Shown: positions 13,553 to 26,634, counted from the first letter of the stretch. The stretch: 64,000 nt of DNA from Octopus sinensis (GCF_006345805.1 NC_042998.1:144088001-144152000); one strand, 5' to 3'. Notes: generated by a model from the sequence alone, not told the origin. Made by a program: numbers and translations.

Positions 13553-15649
13553 TCTTTAATAACTTTACATCATAATATGTAATGCAATTTTGTGTGAGGT
13601 TTATCTAAAGTTATGATGAAAACATGGAAAATGTTTAATTTAGTTTAATTCATTTGCCTCAGGTTAAGTCATGCTGACAATTTCTAACAGAAGCTTAGAA
13701 ATTTTTTATTTTATTTTGTAATGAGTAATCAAAAAAACTTAAATCATATATCCAATGCATCTTTTTTGTTGATCTTCAATTTAAAATTCAAACTTGTAAT
13801 CCCACCAAAATTTATCTAGAAATGATTATCTCCCTTACAATAAATGGCCACCAGGATAAGTTAATTCTCTCAAAAGACACTAGTTACTGAATTTCTTTCT
13901 CGAGGTAAAAATGTTGTTCTTAAATTTTATTTATTTTATTCCACCTTCACTTTTACAAACATGGGACAGCAGACAGTACGATAGCAAGAAAGATATTCTA
14001 GTTCTTTGTTATTCTTAATTACCTTTTTTACACTTGAGCAAAGCAATACCTATTTATTTTCACTTCCTATTACAGAACATTCTCTATGAAATAAAATCAA
14101 AGTCTCTGAAGCAATGAAAGAATAAGACATGAGAGGATACAGGCAATGGACAAGTGACGAACAAAGAGAAAGGAGAAAGGAAAACACAATAAACTTGGGA
14201 TAAAACCAAGAGATAAAATGAAAAAGAGCCGACAAGATTGAACATGAAATTGCAGGATACTAATGGTATCTGAGAAAAGTTAACAGATACAAAGAGAGAA
14301 CACTCCCTAGACATTGAACAGCAAACTAACTGTATACAATAATATCAAAAGATAGATAGAAGTGTGACAAAATAAAACGAATGAAATACAAGTCAGAATA
14401 TGAGGAAGAACTTACAGAAAGTAACATGCAAACCTGAACATGGAATGGTCGCTTAATTTGAGAAATATTCAAACTAAAAGACAATGTCAGAGAATTATAC
14501 GCTCATTGACATAGAAATCTTTTAAATAATGAAATGATGTTATAAAGGCATATACATTTATGCAGCAAAATAAAAGAAGTTTTATAAAAATGTGAAATTT
14601 CCATGGCTTCTGCTTGCAATGATAATCCTTTCTACTTTGGGCACAAGGCTTGAAATTTGGGGGGAGGGGACAAGTCAATTACATCGTCCAGTGTTTCACA
14701 GGTACTTCATTTATCGACCCTGAAAGGATATAAGGCAAAGTTGAACTCGGTGGAATTTGAACTCAGAACATAGCAACGGGCAAAATACTGCTAAGCATTT
14801 CATCCATCATGCTAACAATTCTGCCAGCTTGCCACCTTGCCTGCTTGCTATAATAATAATAATGTAGCGATGTAGCACTAAAAATACTGTCTCTGCTTAA
14901 ACAAATCATTGTTTAATGATGCAACACTAAATAATGTATTACTATAGATAGAAGAGAGTGTGCACAGGTATACAGGTATGGCTGAGTGAGTAAGCAGTTC
15001 ATTTACCAATCACATGATCTTGGGCTCAGGCCCACAACATGTCACCTTCAGCAAGTGTCTTCTACTATAGCCCCAGGCTATCTAAAGCCTTGTGGGTAGA
15101 TCTAGTAGATGGAAACTGAAAAGGGTTACAGAATTAACACAGGTTATAGGAACATAAACCTTCTTCCATGAAAAGATAGCTTAAACTGTGTTCTAAATGG
15201 AAGTGTAGTAAAATCCTATTTTATGGACTCAACCATGTTCTAAAATAAGTTGAAAGGTAAGCTACTATAAATTGGCACAAACTTTCTGGACAACCCAATA
15301 GCATTGTGACATTCTTTGGAGTAGCACTGGACATAATCATTCTGTAACATTAAATTATGTGATGCTGATCTGATATTAATCTCATTCATCACCCAAGCTT
15401 CTTGAGTTAGAAAAAGCAAAAGCATTCAAATTTGACTGATAAATGGCTGAGCTCAACAGATTAAAGATAAAGAAACATCTCAAGAATGTTTACACACAGA
15501 AGTAATCTAAACAGGTGCCATATTAATTGCATAAACAAAAGTGGTTTATGAGAAAAGTATAATAACAGAAAGTTAAACCACAACTAAACAAAATGATGTG
15601 GATCTTTAGAGAAGGATTAATTATAACTATATAAACTTTTTATGTGAAC

Positions 15650-15693
<44 letters not shown>

Positions 15694-15700
15694 ATACATG

Positions 15701-16271
15701 CAAACTTGTTGCCAGTTCAAATATGCTTGAGGCATGCTTGAACCTGCAAGAAAGCCATTCATTGTATTTTGAAAATTTTTCACTGCAGACAAATAGGTAC
15801 AAATACACCAAGTCAGCTTACAGCACCACCTAACTAGACTGTGGGATGCATGCATTTCAGAGTAGTGATCTCCTCTTCAGCTACAGAGACTGGAAAAGCA
15901 GGTGCCACAAACTGATATGAGAGACAGGTCTTTCTTATGATATCCCTATCATCATTCAATGATTAACTGTGATACTCAGCAGCTTGCAGTAAATAAAATT
16001 CAGGGTGACAGCACTAAGCAGAGCTGTGTATAAATAGAAACTTGTTACCAGTTCACAGTGCCTGTCTTTCCAATCTCTGTGGAAGAAAACAAAATAACCA
16101 CTCTGAAATACATACATCTCTCAGTCTGGTTAAGTTGTGCTGTGTGCTGACCCAGTGTATTTGTACCTATTTATCTGCAGTGAGAAATTTCCCCCATGAC
16201 AAATACAGTGAATGGCTTTCTTGCTGGTTCAAACATGCCTCAAGCATATTTGAACTGGTAACATAAGTTTG
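15701..16271. repeat. Inverted pair of ~215-230 bp MITE-like units
   Basis: 15701-15914 is the reverse complement of ~16049-16271, with moderate divergence. Confidence 0.85.
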
Positions 16272-16350
16272 TTTTTATATACATCACTGCTTAGTGCTGT
16301 CATATATATATATACATAAGAGAACAAGGTGTACGTTATGCCGCAATAAT

Positions 16351-17203
16351 ATATGTATAAAAATTATATATAAAAATACAAAATGGGACAAGAATGCAAA
16401 ACACACAAAGAGACGACACAAAAAACGGACGGGTCATTCGAAGCCTCTAATCTTCAGTCAGGAACCGGATCATCCTAGCAATTTCGGCTGATTAATCCTG
16501 ATATCGCTCCAATCCGGCCAGCCCCAAGGAAAAACTAAGCTGCGAGCATTAGATTTCTTGGAAAAAGAATCGAATGTATACGAAACAAGGACAGAAAAAC
16601 GGACGATGCCACACGAATATAAATACAAAAAACAAAAATAAAAAACAAGAATAGTAATAACAGGACAAAAACAGCGGGTGTCTTACAACTTTAGACAGTT
16701 TAACTTATCTTAGCTGGCGTATTTTGAAATAAATGCCTTTGCGGCAGACGAAGAAAACGGTGTTGTCGTGGCGTCGGTCAAAGGCCGAAAGGCTAGTTAA
16801 CCAGCGGTCACGTGAGAGGAGAGAAGAAGAGAGAGAAAACCGGGGGGCAAAGGAATTAAAGAGAGAGAGAAAAAGAGGGACAAAGACACCGGGGGGGGGG
16901 GGAGAAACAGAGCAAGGATTGGCTTGGCAACAGAATCAGTGGTGCAAAGTGAGAAAGACAGAGAAATGTGAGAGAGTGGGGGAGACATTCAATCCTTTTT
17001 CCAAGAAATCTAATGCTTGCAGCTTAGTTTTTCCTTGGGGCTGGCTGGATCAGAGCGATATCAGGATTAATCAGCCGAAATTGCTAGAATGATCCAGTTC
17101 CTGACTGAAGATTAGAGGCTTCGAATGACCCGTCCGTTTTTTGTGTCGTCTCTTTGTGTGTTTTGCGTTCTTGTCCCATTTTGTATTTTTATATATAATT
17201 TTT

Positions 17204-17211
<8 letters not shown>
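16351..17211. repeat. Foldback element with ~227-bp inverted arms and ~407-bp spacer (Penelope-like, tentative)
   Basis: 16351-16577 is the reverse complement of 16985-17211 with few mismatches; CpG-rich. The family assignment is from resemblance only. Confidence 0.85.
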
Positions 17212-17245
<34 letters not shown>

Positions 17246-17703
17246 CAAGCTTAGAAAGTACCTTGCTTCCCAACTACATGGTTCTAGGTTCAGTCCCACG
17301 GCATGGCACCTTGGGCAAGTGCCTTCTATAGTCACAGGTTGATTAAAGCCTTGTGAGTGGATTTGGTAGACAGAAACTGAAAGAAACCCATCATATATAT
17401 ATATATATATATATGTATCTATATCTATCTATGTATCTATGTGTGTGTATGTCTTTGTGTCTGTTTGTCCCCCCATTCCACCACTTGACAACCAGTGTTG
17501 GTATGTTTGCATCTTCGTAATTTAGCAGTTCAGCCAAAGTGACTGATAGAATAAGTACCAGGCTTTAAAAATAAGTCATGGGGGAGGGGGGACGATTCAT
17601 TTGACTAAAACTTCAAGGTGGTATCCCAGCATGGCCTCAGTCTAATGACTGAAAAAAGATAAAAGATAGTGAGAGAGATGTGTGATCTTTATACATATAC
17701 ACA

Positions 17704-18949
17704 CAGGGGTTGGACAAAATAATGGAAACACTTAGCATCATAATTTTGAAATATCTATAAAGCCGTCAAAAGCTTGTTTATTTTTATGTTTTTTGATTTA
17801 TTATAGTGTTGCTTAATATGTTTTGCTAAAATTGCTGTTTCTTTTCAGATATCATCAGAAAAAGGCAACTAAAATTCATTAAAATGACAGATCTATCAGA
17901 CTTTCAAAGAGGTCAAATTGTTGGTGTTCGTATGGCAGGCACTAGCATACCAATATCAGCCGAAATGTTTGGTGTATCAAGAAGTACTGTCTCGAAAGTA
18001 ATGACAGCCTTTGAGAAAGAGGAAAAAACCTTGTTGAAACAAAACTCTGGAAGAAAACCAAAACTTTCAGCTAGGGACTGTCGGACTCTTACACGAATTG
18101 TTAGAAAGGATCGCAAAAGTACAGCTCCCAAAATTACTGCAGAGCTTAATGACCACCTTCAGAACCCAGTTTCCACAAAAACTGTTCACCAGGAGCTACA
18201 CAAAGCCAGATTTCATGGGAGGGCTGCAATCAGAAAACCACTACTTTTAAAAACAAACATTGTAAAGCGTTTAGAGTGGAATAAAAACCTACAGAATTGG
18301 TCCCCAGAGCAGTGGAAGAATGTCAATTTCTTAAACGAGTGATCCTTTACCTTACTTCTGACCACCAGCCGAGTATACGTACAGAGACAGCCAAAAGAAG
18401 TATTTGACCCAGACTACCTTCTTCCAACTGTTAAACATGGAGGATCTGTGATGATCTGGGAGGCTATATCTTGGAAATCCACTAGCCCAATGGTTTCCTT
18501 TCATGGCAAAATTAATAGTCAAGACTAAGCATTTTATCTGATCAAATTCATCCTATGATTGCGGAACTGTTTCCAGAGGGAAATGCCATCTTTCATGATG
18601 ATAATGCACCAATTTACACAGATAAAGTTGTTACTGAATGGCACAAAAAACATTCTAGTGAAGTTGAACATCTTATCTGGCCACCAAAGTTCCCAGATCT
18701 CAATATTATTTAACATTTATGGTGCATTTTAGAAAAACAAGTAAAGAGTCGATATCCTCCACCATCATCACTATAAGAACTGGAGACTGTTTTAGCTGAA
18801 GAACATTCCTTTGGAAACAATTCAAACTTTGTATGAGTCCATACCTCATAGAATTCAAGCTGTAATTACTACCAAAGGCAGTCCTACCCCATATTAAAAT
18901 AAATTTGCTTGATATTTTTTAGGTGTTCCATTAATTTGTCCAACCCCTG
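17704..18949 (+). mobile_element. Tc1-family DNA transposon (1246 bp), inactivated
   Basis: TIRs caggggttggacaaaataatggaaacac / gtgttccattaatttgtccaacccctg, right TA flank. Transposase from 17884 (MTDLSDFQRGQIVG...) to ~18897 with VKHGG and DDNAP...PDLNII* motifs (catalytic Glu mutated to stop), plus further stops and frameshifts. Confidence 0.95.
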
Positions 18950-21900
18950 TATATACATTCACACACGCATGCTCAAAGGACAGGTGTTTAGCTAGCTACA
19001 TTCCTTTATGTTCTAAGAACAAATCCTACTTAGATCAACTTTGCCTTTTATCATTCTGATGCCACCAAAATAAGTAACACAGTCAATTTACTGGTTTGCA
19101 TCCTTCAAGAATGTATGCCAAAATGGCCACAGACCAATATCTGAAAGCAGTAACAGTATACAAAATACTTAAAACGTCTGACATTTACAGACCCTCAAAG
19201 ATAACTCTACATTACATGACAGTAAGTAAGATTAGGTTAATCTGACAACCAAAGATTCACTGTTGATTACCAAAAACCTCATGGATCTATTTAATACTTA
19301 CCAGAAAAGACCAAAAATTGGTAACAGTATATTCCTGCACCATACCAGTGCCAAGCAATTAGTTTATATTGAAGGTTGGCCCTGCATCTACATATGTAAG
19401 TGCAGGCTTGAGAAAGAATTCTACAGGAAGACTGATATTTTTTCATACATTCAAGTCTCACCTCTCTATACCATCAATGTTTATCCAAAGTGAAGGCCCC
19501 TGACTTGGATTGATACAGTTTGACAACAGTTTCATTACAACTGTTGCTGTCAGAACATTAAGAGCTGGAACCAAAAGACATCTAGCCCAACTCTTCAACA
19601 GTTTCACCAGTCCACCATCACCATCACCATCATTTAACATCCACTTTTTAATGCTTGTATTGGTTAGATGGAATTTAAGACAGATATTTTATGGTCTGAT
19701 GTCCTTCCTGCCACCAGCCCTCACCTGCTTCCAAGCAAGGTAATATTTCCCCTGACCAGAAATATTTTCCATGGAAGACTAGAACATCACTTGTATGAAG
19801 GTGATGTTTATTTACAACCATCACACAATGTCAAGGTTTAGATACACACACACATCTGTGTGTGTGTGCGTGCATGTGCACAGTTCAAATGTACAAAAAA
19901 CAAAAGGCAGAGACAGGTGAGGGAACAACAAGCAAGGTGTATTAGTTTGATGTTGGGGAAAATGGAAAAGTCTTTGACATTTTGAGCCCGTGCTCTTCAA
20001 CAGAAAAGAATGGAAAAAGGAAAAAATGTGGCAGGATACACACACACATACAATATGCTACTTTCTTAGTTGGCATGGAGCTATAACAGAAAACACTTGC
20101 CCAAGGTGCTACCCAGTGTGACTACCCAAGGAAATGATGAAAAGCAATGATGAATTTATTAGGATTTAAAATTCACATTCTATCCAACATTCTAATGATC
20201 TACCAATTCATCAGCACCAAATCACTATGAATCAGTTTAACCTAATAACAAGAGCAGCAATAAGCCCACAGCTCCTTCTCCCCCCCCCCCCATACTGTCT
20301 TCAGCCTTTTTTTTAATTATTGACTGACTGGCTGCTTACTGTCAATCCAACACTCAGAATGTTTTTGAGATCCAATAAATACTTGCTAATTATGAATTCT
20401 GATCCAGTGATTATGTACTTGCTGTAGTCGTGTAATGCTATATTGCCTCCAACTGCTATGAACAACACAGTGTTTAAGTATGAATGATCCAGGACTTGGA
20501 ATACTTCCAAGATCGAATAGACTTGAAACAAATAGTAACAATCAAATTGAATGAAAATATAAATGGGAAAACTTGACCTTTTTGTTACCATATTGCAATT
20601 CAAACCTATTATTATCAGAATAATGAAGAATTTAACAAAATAACTTTATCATTATTTAATGTTTGAAACATAAATTAACATGAAATTTTGGGGAAGATTT
20701 TACATTTAGACCATTTTAAAACACAAAGTTTGTATCAGAAGATCAGAGGCAGATTCTGATGGGATTGTATAAAAAGGGTTTAAAGATATTTGTCCAGTGT
20801 TTTTCAATCATTTTTTTGCCTATGGATCCCTTGGGTTCCATTAATACAAAGATAGACCCTCCTAGCCATGCAATGTTTAAAAAATCATATATATTTTATA
20901 AATAAATATTATTAGGAATTGTATTTAAAAAATAGTTAAAATATTTTGTGTACTGCAGGAATATAACCAATTTATTGCACATTAATTTTAACTACAAAAT
21001 TTTAAATGGACCCCTGTTGAGAACTGATATTTGTTAGATGATAATTAATAGACTTGCAATCTATTTTTCTCTTTTTGGTGCATTAAATTCATCATACAAT
21101 AAATAAGCTTAATCTTTCTCATACGATCAGTTTGAAAGAATCAGATTATTACCAATATTACACAAACACCATCATACAAATCCAGGATTTTTAAACAAGA
21201 AACATTTTGTTGTACAGCTTTTAGTTCAACCTTATAGAGTTAAGCAAAAACTTCACAAATAAGTTTAACTCAATATAGTTACAGTAGAAATTAGTGAAAG
21301 TTGGGGCTACTTGCCTTGGGGCTACAGAAGGAACACTTTCTTGTAAATAAAAATCAAAACCATATCAAAGTACAATATACTGTCGGGATTCTATGAATAA
21401 GATCTCAAGGATACATATTTGCAAATGAATAAAACAAAGACTCCACATCACATCATTCACAGGCGAGTTTGATATGGTAACATGTACCATACTTTCACTA
21501 AATGTCTTGGTACCTATATAGCAGACCAAGCAGACCTTGATACTCTCTTGGCCTTTCCACCTTTGACACAGCTAGGCAAAAAGGACTGCGCCAGCACAAG
21601 AGCATTATTCATTTTACCTGAGTAGACTAGAGCAACATGAAATGAAGTGCCTTGTTTAAGAACACAATACGCCACAATGTCCAGCAATCGAATTCCCAAT
21701 CTTATGAATCAAACACTCTAACCACCAAGCCATCAATAAACAAATTAAATGAGTTTCGAGAGGAAATTTTCCTGTCGAAGAGCAAAGAAGTAAATAAAGG
21801 AATATAATAAATTCTAGTAAATGGTTCAGGGATGTCTGCTAGAGAAAAAAATGTTTGCGTTCCTTTAATAATTAAAAAAAAAACAACTTTCTATTAATTT

Positions 21901-22584
21901 CATCTTGTATAAAATATAAAGATATAAGATATTTTAAAACAAACATTTGCTGGTGTAAGTCAATGGATTGTATCAGTCGTAAAAATACCACAAAATACGA
22001 TACACAAATGCGGATAAATGTATTACTTCATACAAAAAAAATGACAAAAATATATAATCATTAGAGATTTTGTGGCAGTTGACTATGGAAGCCAATAATG
22101 ATATAATTTTGATTACTTGATACGGAGGAGAAAAGTGATTTCGTTTGACAAGGCCATTTTAAAATATTTTTTTTAAATAGAGCAAATATACTCGTCGGTG
22201 ATTTTCTTATTTCCAAAGCCAATGAAATAAAGATCGACAAGAATATCATTTTCCTGCGGGATTTGAATTAGGAAAGAGATATTTTTAAAATTGGCACCAG
22301 ACCAGAAATTTGTTGAGGAGATATACTCGATTCGATGATCGTTTTATTGATCTCCAGTGGCAGGTGTGAAAGGAGGGAGGGGATCGAAAAGTAAAGTCGA
22401 TTACGATGGGTTTGAAATCAGAACAGGGAAGGGAAACAGGAGCTGGACAACATAGCGATGGTCACTCTAGTCACTGCACAAGTTTCTGTCAATCTAATAA
22501 TACTTTGAGATAATAAAAATATTTCATACACCAGCAGGAAACTTTAATATTTTACGTAAAAAAAAAAAAAGAAAAAAGACATAC

Positions 22585-22715
22585 CGGAAGATACGACGTG
22601 CAAGTTTCTCCCAGGGATTTGTAAAAGGAAATAGCTCAAGCTGGGATCCGAAACCGATTCGTAAAATTTGGATCACTGAGCATGTCTCACCGTGAACAGT
22701 TGTTTTTATTATCAT
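22585..22715 (-). CDS. NEDD4: Candidate internal first exon MIIKTTVHGETCSVIQILRIGFGSQLELFPFTNPWEKLARRIF(R), phase 2
   Basis: 131-nt ATG ORF ending TTC CG|gtatgt. Same phase as the donor of exon 37604-37689; inside a CpG-retaining island. Confidence 0.5.
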
Positions 22716-23429
22716 AAGACGGTAGTAGAATATTAAAAAAAAAAGCCTTGGCTATATTCAAAGTAAAAATAAAGTGTGATGGATAAAATCTTTAAAAACA
22801 TAGACCGGCAGCATATTAATTACACACACATACACTCACACAGGCACCTGTTGGTTATAAACGATATGATGACTGAATAAATTGAAACAGTTTTGACTGA
22901 GAAGGTTGACAGTAGTGAAGTAAAAGATGAAGAAAGGAGCAAGGATGTCACAATGACACGACTCCACCTCGGTCAGTAATTTTGGGTGTGGTCGACCATT
23001 TATACATTCAGTTCGCGTTGCAGTAAAAAAAAAATGCCATTCATCTCCTTTACGTTGTATCTACACATATGCACACACGCGCATACATTTATATATAAAA
23101 CAGATCATACAAAATATATTATACACACGCGCACACACGCACACACAAAACAACTTTCAAGACCACTAACAATAACACAGCAACAGCAGCAGCATGGCGC
23201 AATGCGTTTGTGTCCATCTGGTTTCATAGAACTGATATATTTTCAGAATATGTTACTTAGAGATTTCCATAGGCTAGCAAACTGTCGCATCGTTCATTCA
23301 ACCAAAACCGATCACCAGAAGCAAACTAGTTCAGTTAACGTCATTTGTCATGAATATATATCAAGTGATCAAAGACTCTCTGGATGGGGAAGTTGGTCGG
23401 TGGAAGCTAGTCACACTGGCATCACCTAC

Positions 23430-23446
23430 CGACACAGGGCAGCCAT
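23430..23446 (-). CDS. NEDD4: Candidate internal first exon MAALC(R), phase 2
   Basis: ATG GCT GCC CTG TGT CG|gtaggt; phase 2; inside a CpG-retaining island. Confidence 0.45.
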
Positions 23447-23717
23447 CAAATTGCACGACACACACAAACAGTCGACAGTGTGTATTGGGAGAATTAATAT
23501 AATACATACATATCATATTAATTATTGGAGAAAAAATAGTACATGTGACTTGGTATGACAGTCAAAATACCTAACATACAAACAACTGTAGGTTTATAAA
23601 CATCTTCCACGATGCAATTACTGTTGTATGGATGGAGCTAAGTGCAAATTATATGTGGTCCCTTCACCTGGGTGTGGCATGAAATGAATGTTCATACTCT
23701 ACATACCAGTATTGATC

Positions 23718-23748
<31 letters not shown>

Positions 23749-24040
23749 CGAGCGTGTGTGTGTGTGTGCGTTCGCGCGCAAGTACACATGATGAATTTTT
23801 TAAAGCAGTTTCCCGCAATCAATCGTAAGACCTCAATTATCATATCTCATCTTTGTCAACACAAACGTGAGCTAGCACACACGATTGAGGTTTGATTAAA
23901 ATAACGATTGAGAGCAGACAACATCCTCGAAATCAAATTAATCGACAGGAATCAATCAATTAGGCCGCCCTAAAACTTGACTGACATTTAATATAAGGGA
24001 ATGAAATGTGAAGCCGTTAAGGATAAGAGGAATTTCGCTT

Positions 24041-24300
24041 GGTGCAGCATGGCTGAATGGTAAGGAAGCTCGCATCGAAATCGACAAGGGCTCGAGTTCG
24101 ATCCCATTCTGTGGCATCTTGGGCAAGTGACTTTAACCTTTGTCGTTGGTCTATCTAACTCAAGTGAGTAAAACTTGGTAGAAGCCATGAGATAGTTGAT
24201 TGTACCTACACTTCGAAAGCCTTGTCTCATACTGCGACACTGCGTCACCTGATTTTACGTTAATTCGATTGATCAAACAACTGAATCCACATCGTTAAAC
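24041..24300 (+). mobile_element. Old tRNA-derived SINE with intact Pol III boxes
   Basis: A box TGGCTGAATGG at 24050-24060, B box GTTCGATCC at 24096-24104, followed by a ...cttgggcaagtg SINE core. Confidence 0.7.
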
Positions 24301-25468
24301 AGAGATCATTTTCGTTAGTGCCTCAACTATCAACTGCACTTAAAATAAATTTTATAAGGCTGAAAAGCAAAATCAACTATAGTGGGATCAGATTGTAGGG
24401 TGAAAAAGTATGAAAGTAAAAACTACAAAGTTTGTTTTGCACTGGTTGCTATCGTTTCTAATAACAATGACACAATCCTAGTTCCCATTTTGAAATCACC
24501 TCTAAATTTGTTGTGTATAAATTTAGTGTGTTCCACACCAGAATGCTAATTTGGAACATCATCATCATTTAACGTCCGTGTTCCATCTTAGCATGGGTGG
24601 GACACGTAATATATCAACAAAACAGTTAACTGAACAGCTAATAATCTTTTTTAAAATATTACATTACCAATTTTTACTTTCTAACCAAATGGTTTCAGGT
24701 CCGTTGTCACTGCTTAGCACTTTGGGCAAGTACCTTCTGTTATAGCCTAAGGCTGACTAAATCCTTATGAATGGATCTGGTGAATGGAAACTGAAAGAAG
24801 CCTACCACATTTTTTGTGTGTCTGTGGGTGTGACCGTCTGTGTCTTGACATCATGGAATAGTTATGAATGGCAGTCAGTATCATACAAGTAGAATACCTC
24901 ATTCAGTTTTCCTGAATATATGCCCAGTCATGGGGGAAATATTACCTTGTTTCAAATCAGGTGAGGGTTGGCAACAGGATGGGTAATGTAGTTATAGAAA
25001 ATTTACCACAATCAACTCCTTTGCAAGCATAGGAGACTGGAGAGAAAAACAAAAACCATTTGTATGATGGAGATATTTGTTTACAACCACCATACAATGT
25101 CAAGACAATGTGACAAACACACAACATATGCTTATAAATATGCCGCAGGCTTTTTAGCTTCAATCAACCAAATTCACTCACAAGGCTTTTAAATATACAT
25201 GTGTTTTTATATATATAAGTAAATCTAATTGCTTTTTGGACATGCACTTTTTTTTATATACATCAGCAATGACTTTCTCACTGGTAGTGTCTTCCCCAAA
25301 TATTGCAAAATTGTAATTCTTTTTCCTCAAATAAATTGCACTTTATACTCAACCAAGAGTCCACTGCATCTTATAGCAGAAACAGTTGTAAGCTAATGAA
25401 GTTCATAACATAACCACTGTTTTTCCTGTGTCATCTTTTTCTTACACACATATGCATACATACATATA

Positions 25469-25690
25469 CAGTAATCCCTCGACTATTGCAGGTGTTACAT
25501 TCCAAAAAAACCGCATGATAGGTGAAAATCCACGAAGTAGAAACGGTACTGTACTGTATATTTTGTTTTCTTATTTTTATAATTTGTATATATTTATTTT
25601 ATTATAAATGCAAAACAACACCAGAGGAATCAACGTAATTTTAAGTATTAAACCACGATAGGTGAACAGTGATATGGCATGGTATTACTG
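25469..25690. mobile_element. Tigger/pogo-like MITE with TA TSD
   Basis: TA|cagtaatccctcg ... ggtattactg|TA. Partial copies at ~5006-5190 and 48987-49100. Confidence 0.75.
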
Positions 25691-26411
25691 TATATTTATA
25701 TAGGCGCAGGCATGGCTGTGTGGTAAGAAGCTTGCTTCCCAACCACATGATTCCAGATTCAGTTCCACTCCATGGCACCTTGTTAGTCATCATCATCATC
25801 ATTTAGCATCCGCTTTCCATGCTAGCATGGGTTGGACGGTTCAACTGTGGTCTGGGAAGCCAGAAGGCTGCATCAGGCCCAGTCTGATCTGGCATTGTTT
25901 CTACGGCTGGATGCCCTTCCTAACACCAACCACTCCGTGAGTGTAGTGGGTGCTTTTTACGTGCCACCGGCACAGGTGCCAGATGAGGCTGGCAAATGGC
26001 CATGGTCGGATGGTGCTTTTTACATGCCACTGGCACGGGGGGGCCAGGCGAGGCTGGCAACGGCCACGATCGGATGGTGATTTTTATGTGCCACTGGCAT
26101 GGGGGCCAGTCGAGGCTGGCAGTAAATGGAAACTGAAAGAATCCTGTCGTGTATATTATATGTGTATGTGTGTATGTATATATCTGTGTGTGTGTATGTG
26201 TCAGTTCCCTTTCATCACTGCTTGACAACTGGTATTGATGTGTTTACGTTGCCATAACTTAATGGCACAGCAAAAACAGACCAATAGAATAAGTAGCAGG
26301 CTTTAAAAAGAAATAAGTACTGGAGTTGATTCATTTAACAAAAAACCCTTCAAGTTGATGCACCAGCATGACCACAGTCAAATGACTGAAAAAAAAAATA
26401 AAAGAATATAC

Positions 26412-26576
26412 AGCGCAGGAGTGGCTGTGTGGTAAGTAGCTTGTTTACCATCCACATGGTTCCGGGTTCAGTCCCACTGCGTGGCCCCTTGGGCAAGTGT
26501 CTTCTACTATAGCCTCAGGCTGACCAAAGCCTTGTGAGTGGATTTGGCAGACGGAAACTGAAAGAAGCCCGTTGTA

Positions 26577-26634
<58 letters not shown>

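Larger units (their letters stand above)
21950..24300. promoter_or_regulatory. CpG-retaining island, putative internal Nedd4 promoter(s)
   Basis: CG dinucleotides are visibly frequent here, while flanking intron and repeats show CG-to-TG/CA decay. Contains two phase-2 donor exons. Confidence 0.65.

Noticed and set aside
17108-17140. Functional hammerhead ribozyme
   Set aside because: Core reads CTGAAGA...CGAAT rather than CGAAA, and no stem I pairing is evident; kept only as a tentative note.
22986-23558. 190-aa plus-strand ORF
   Set aside because: GTG start, built partly from (CA)n/(CAG)n repeats, no recognisable domain; antisense to candidate Nedd4 exons.
26412-26490. tRNA-like sequences at SINE heads
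   Set aside because: They continue into SINE bodies and lack a full cloverleaf; not tRNA genes.
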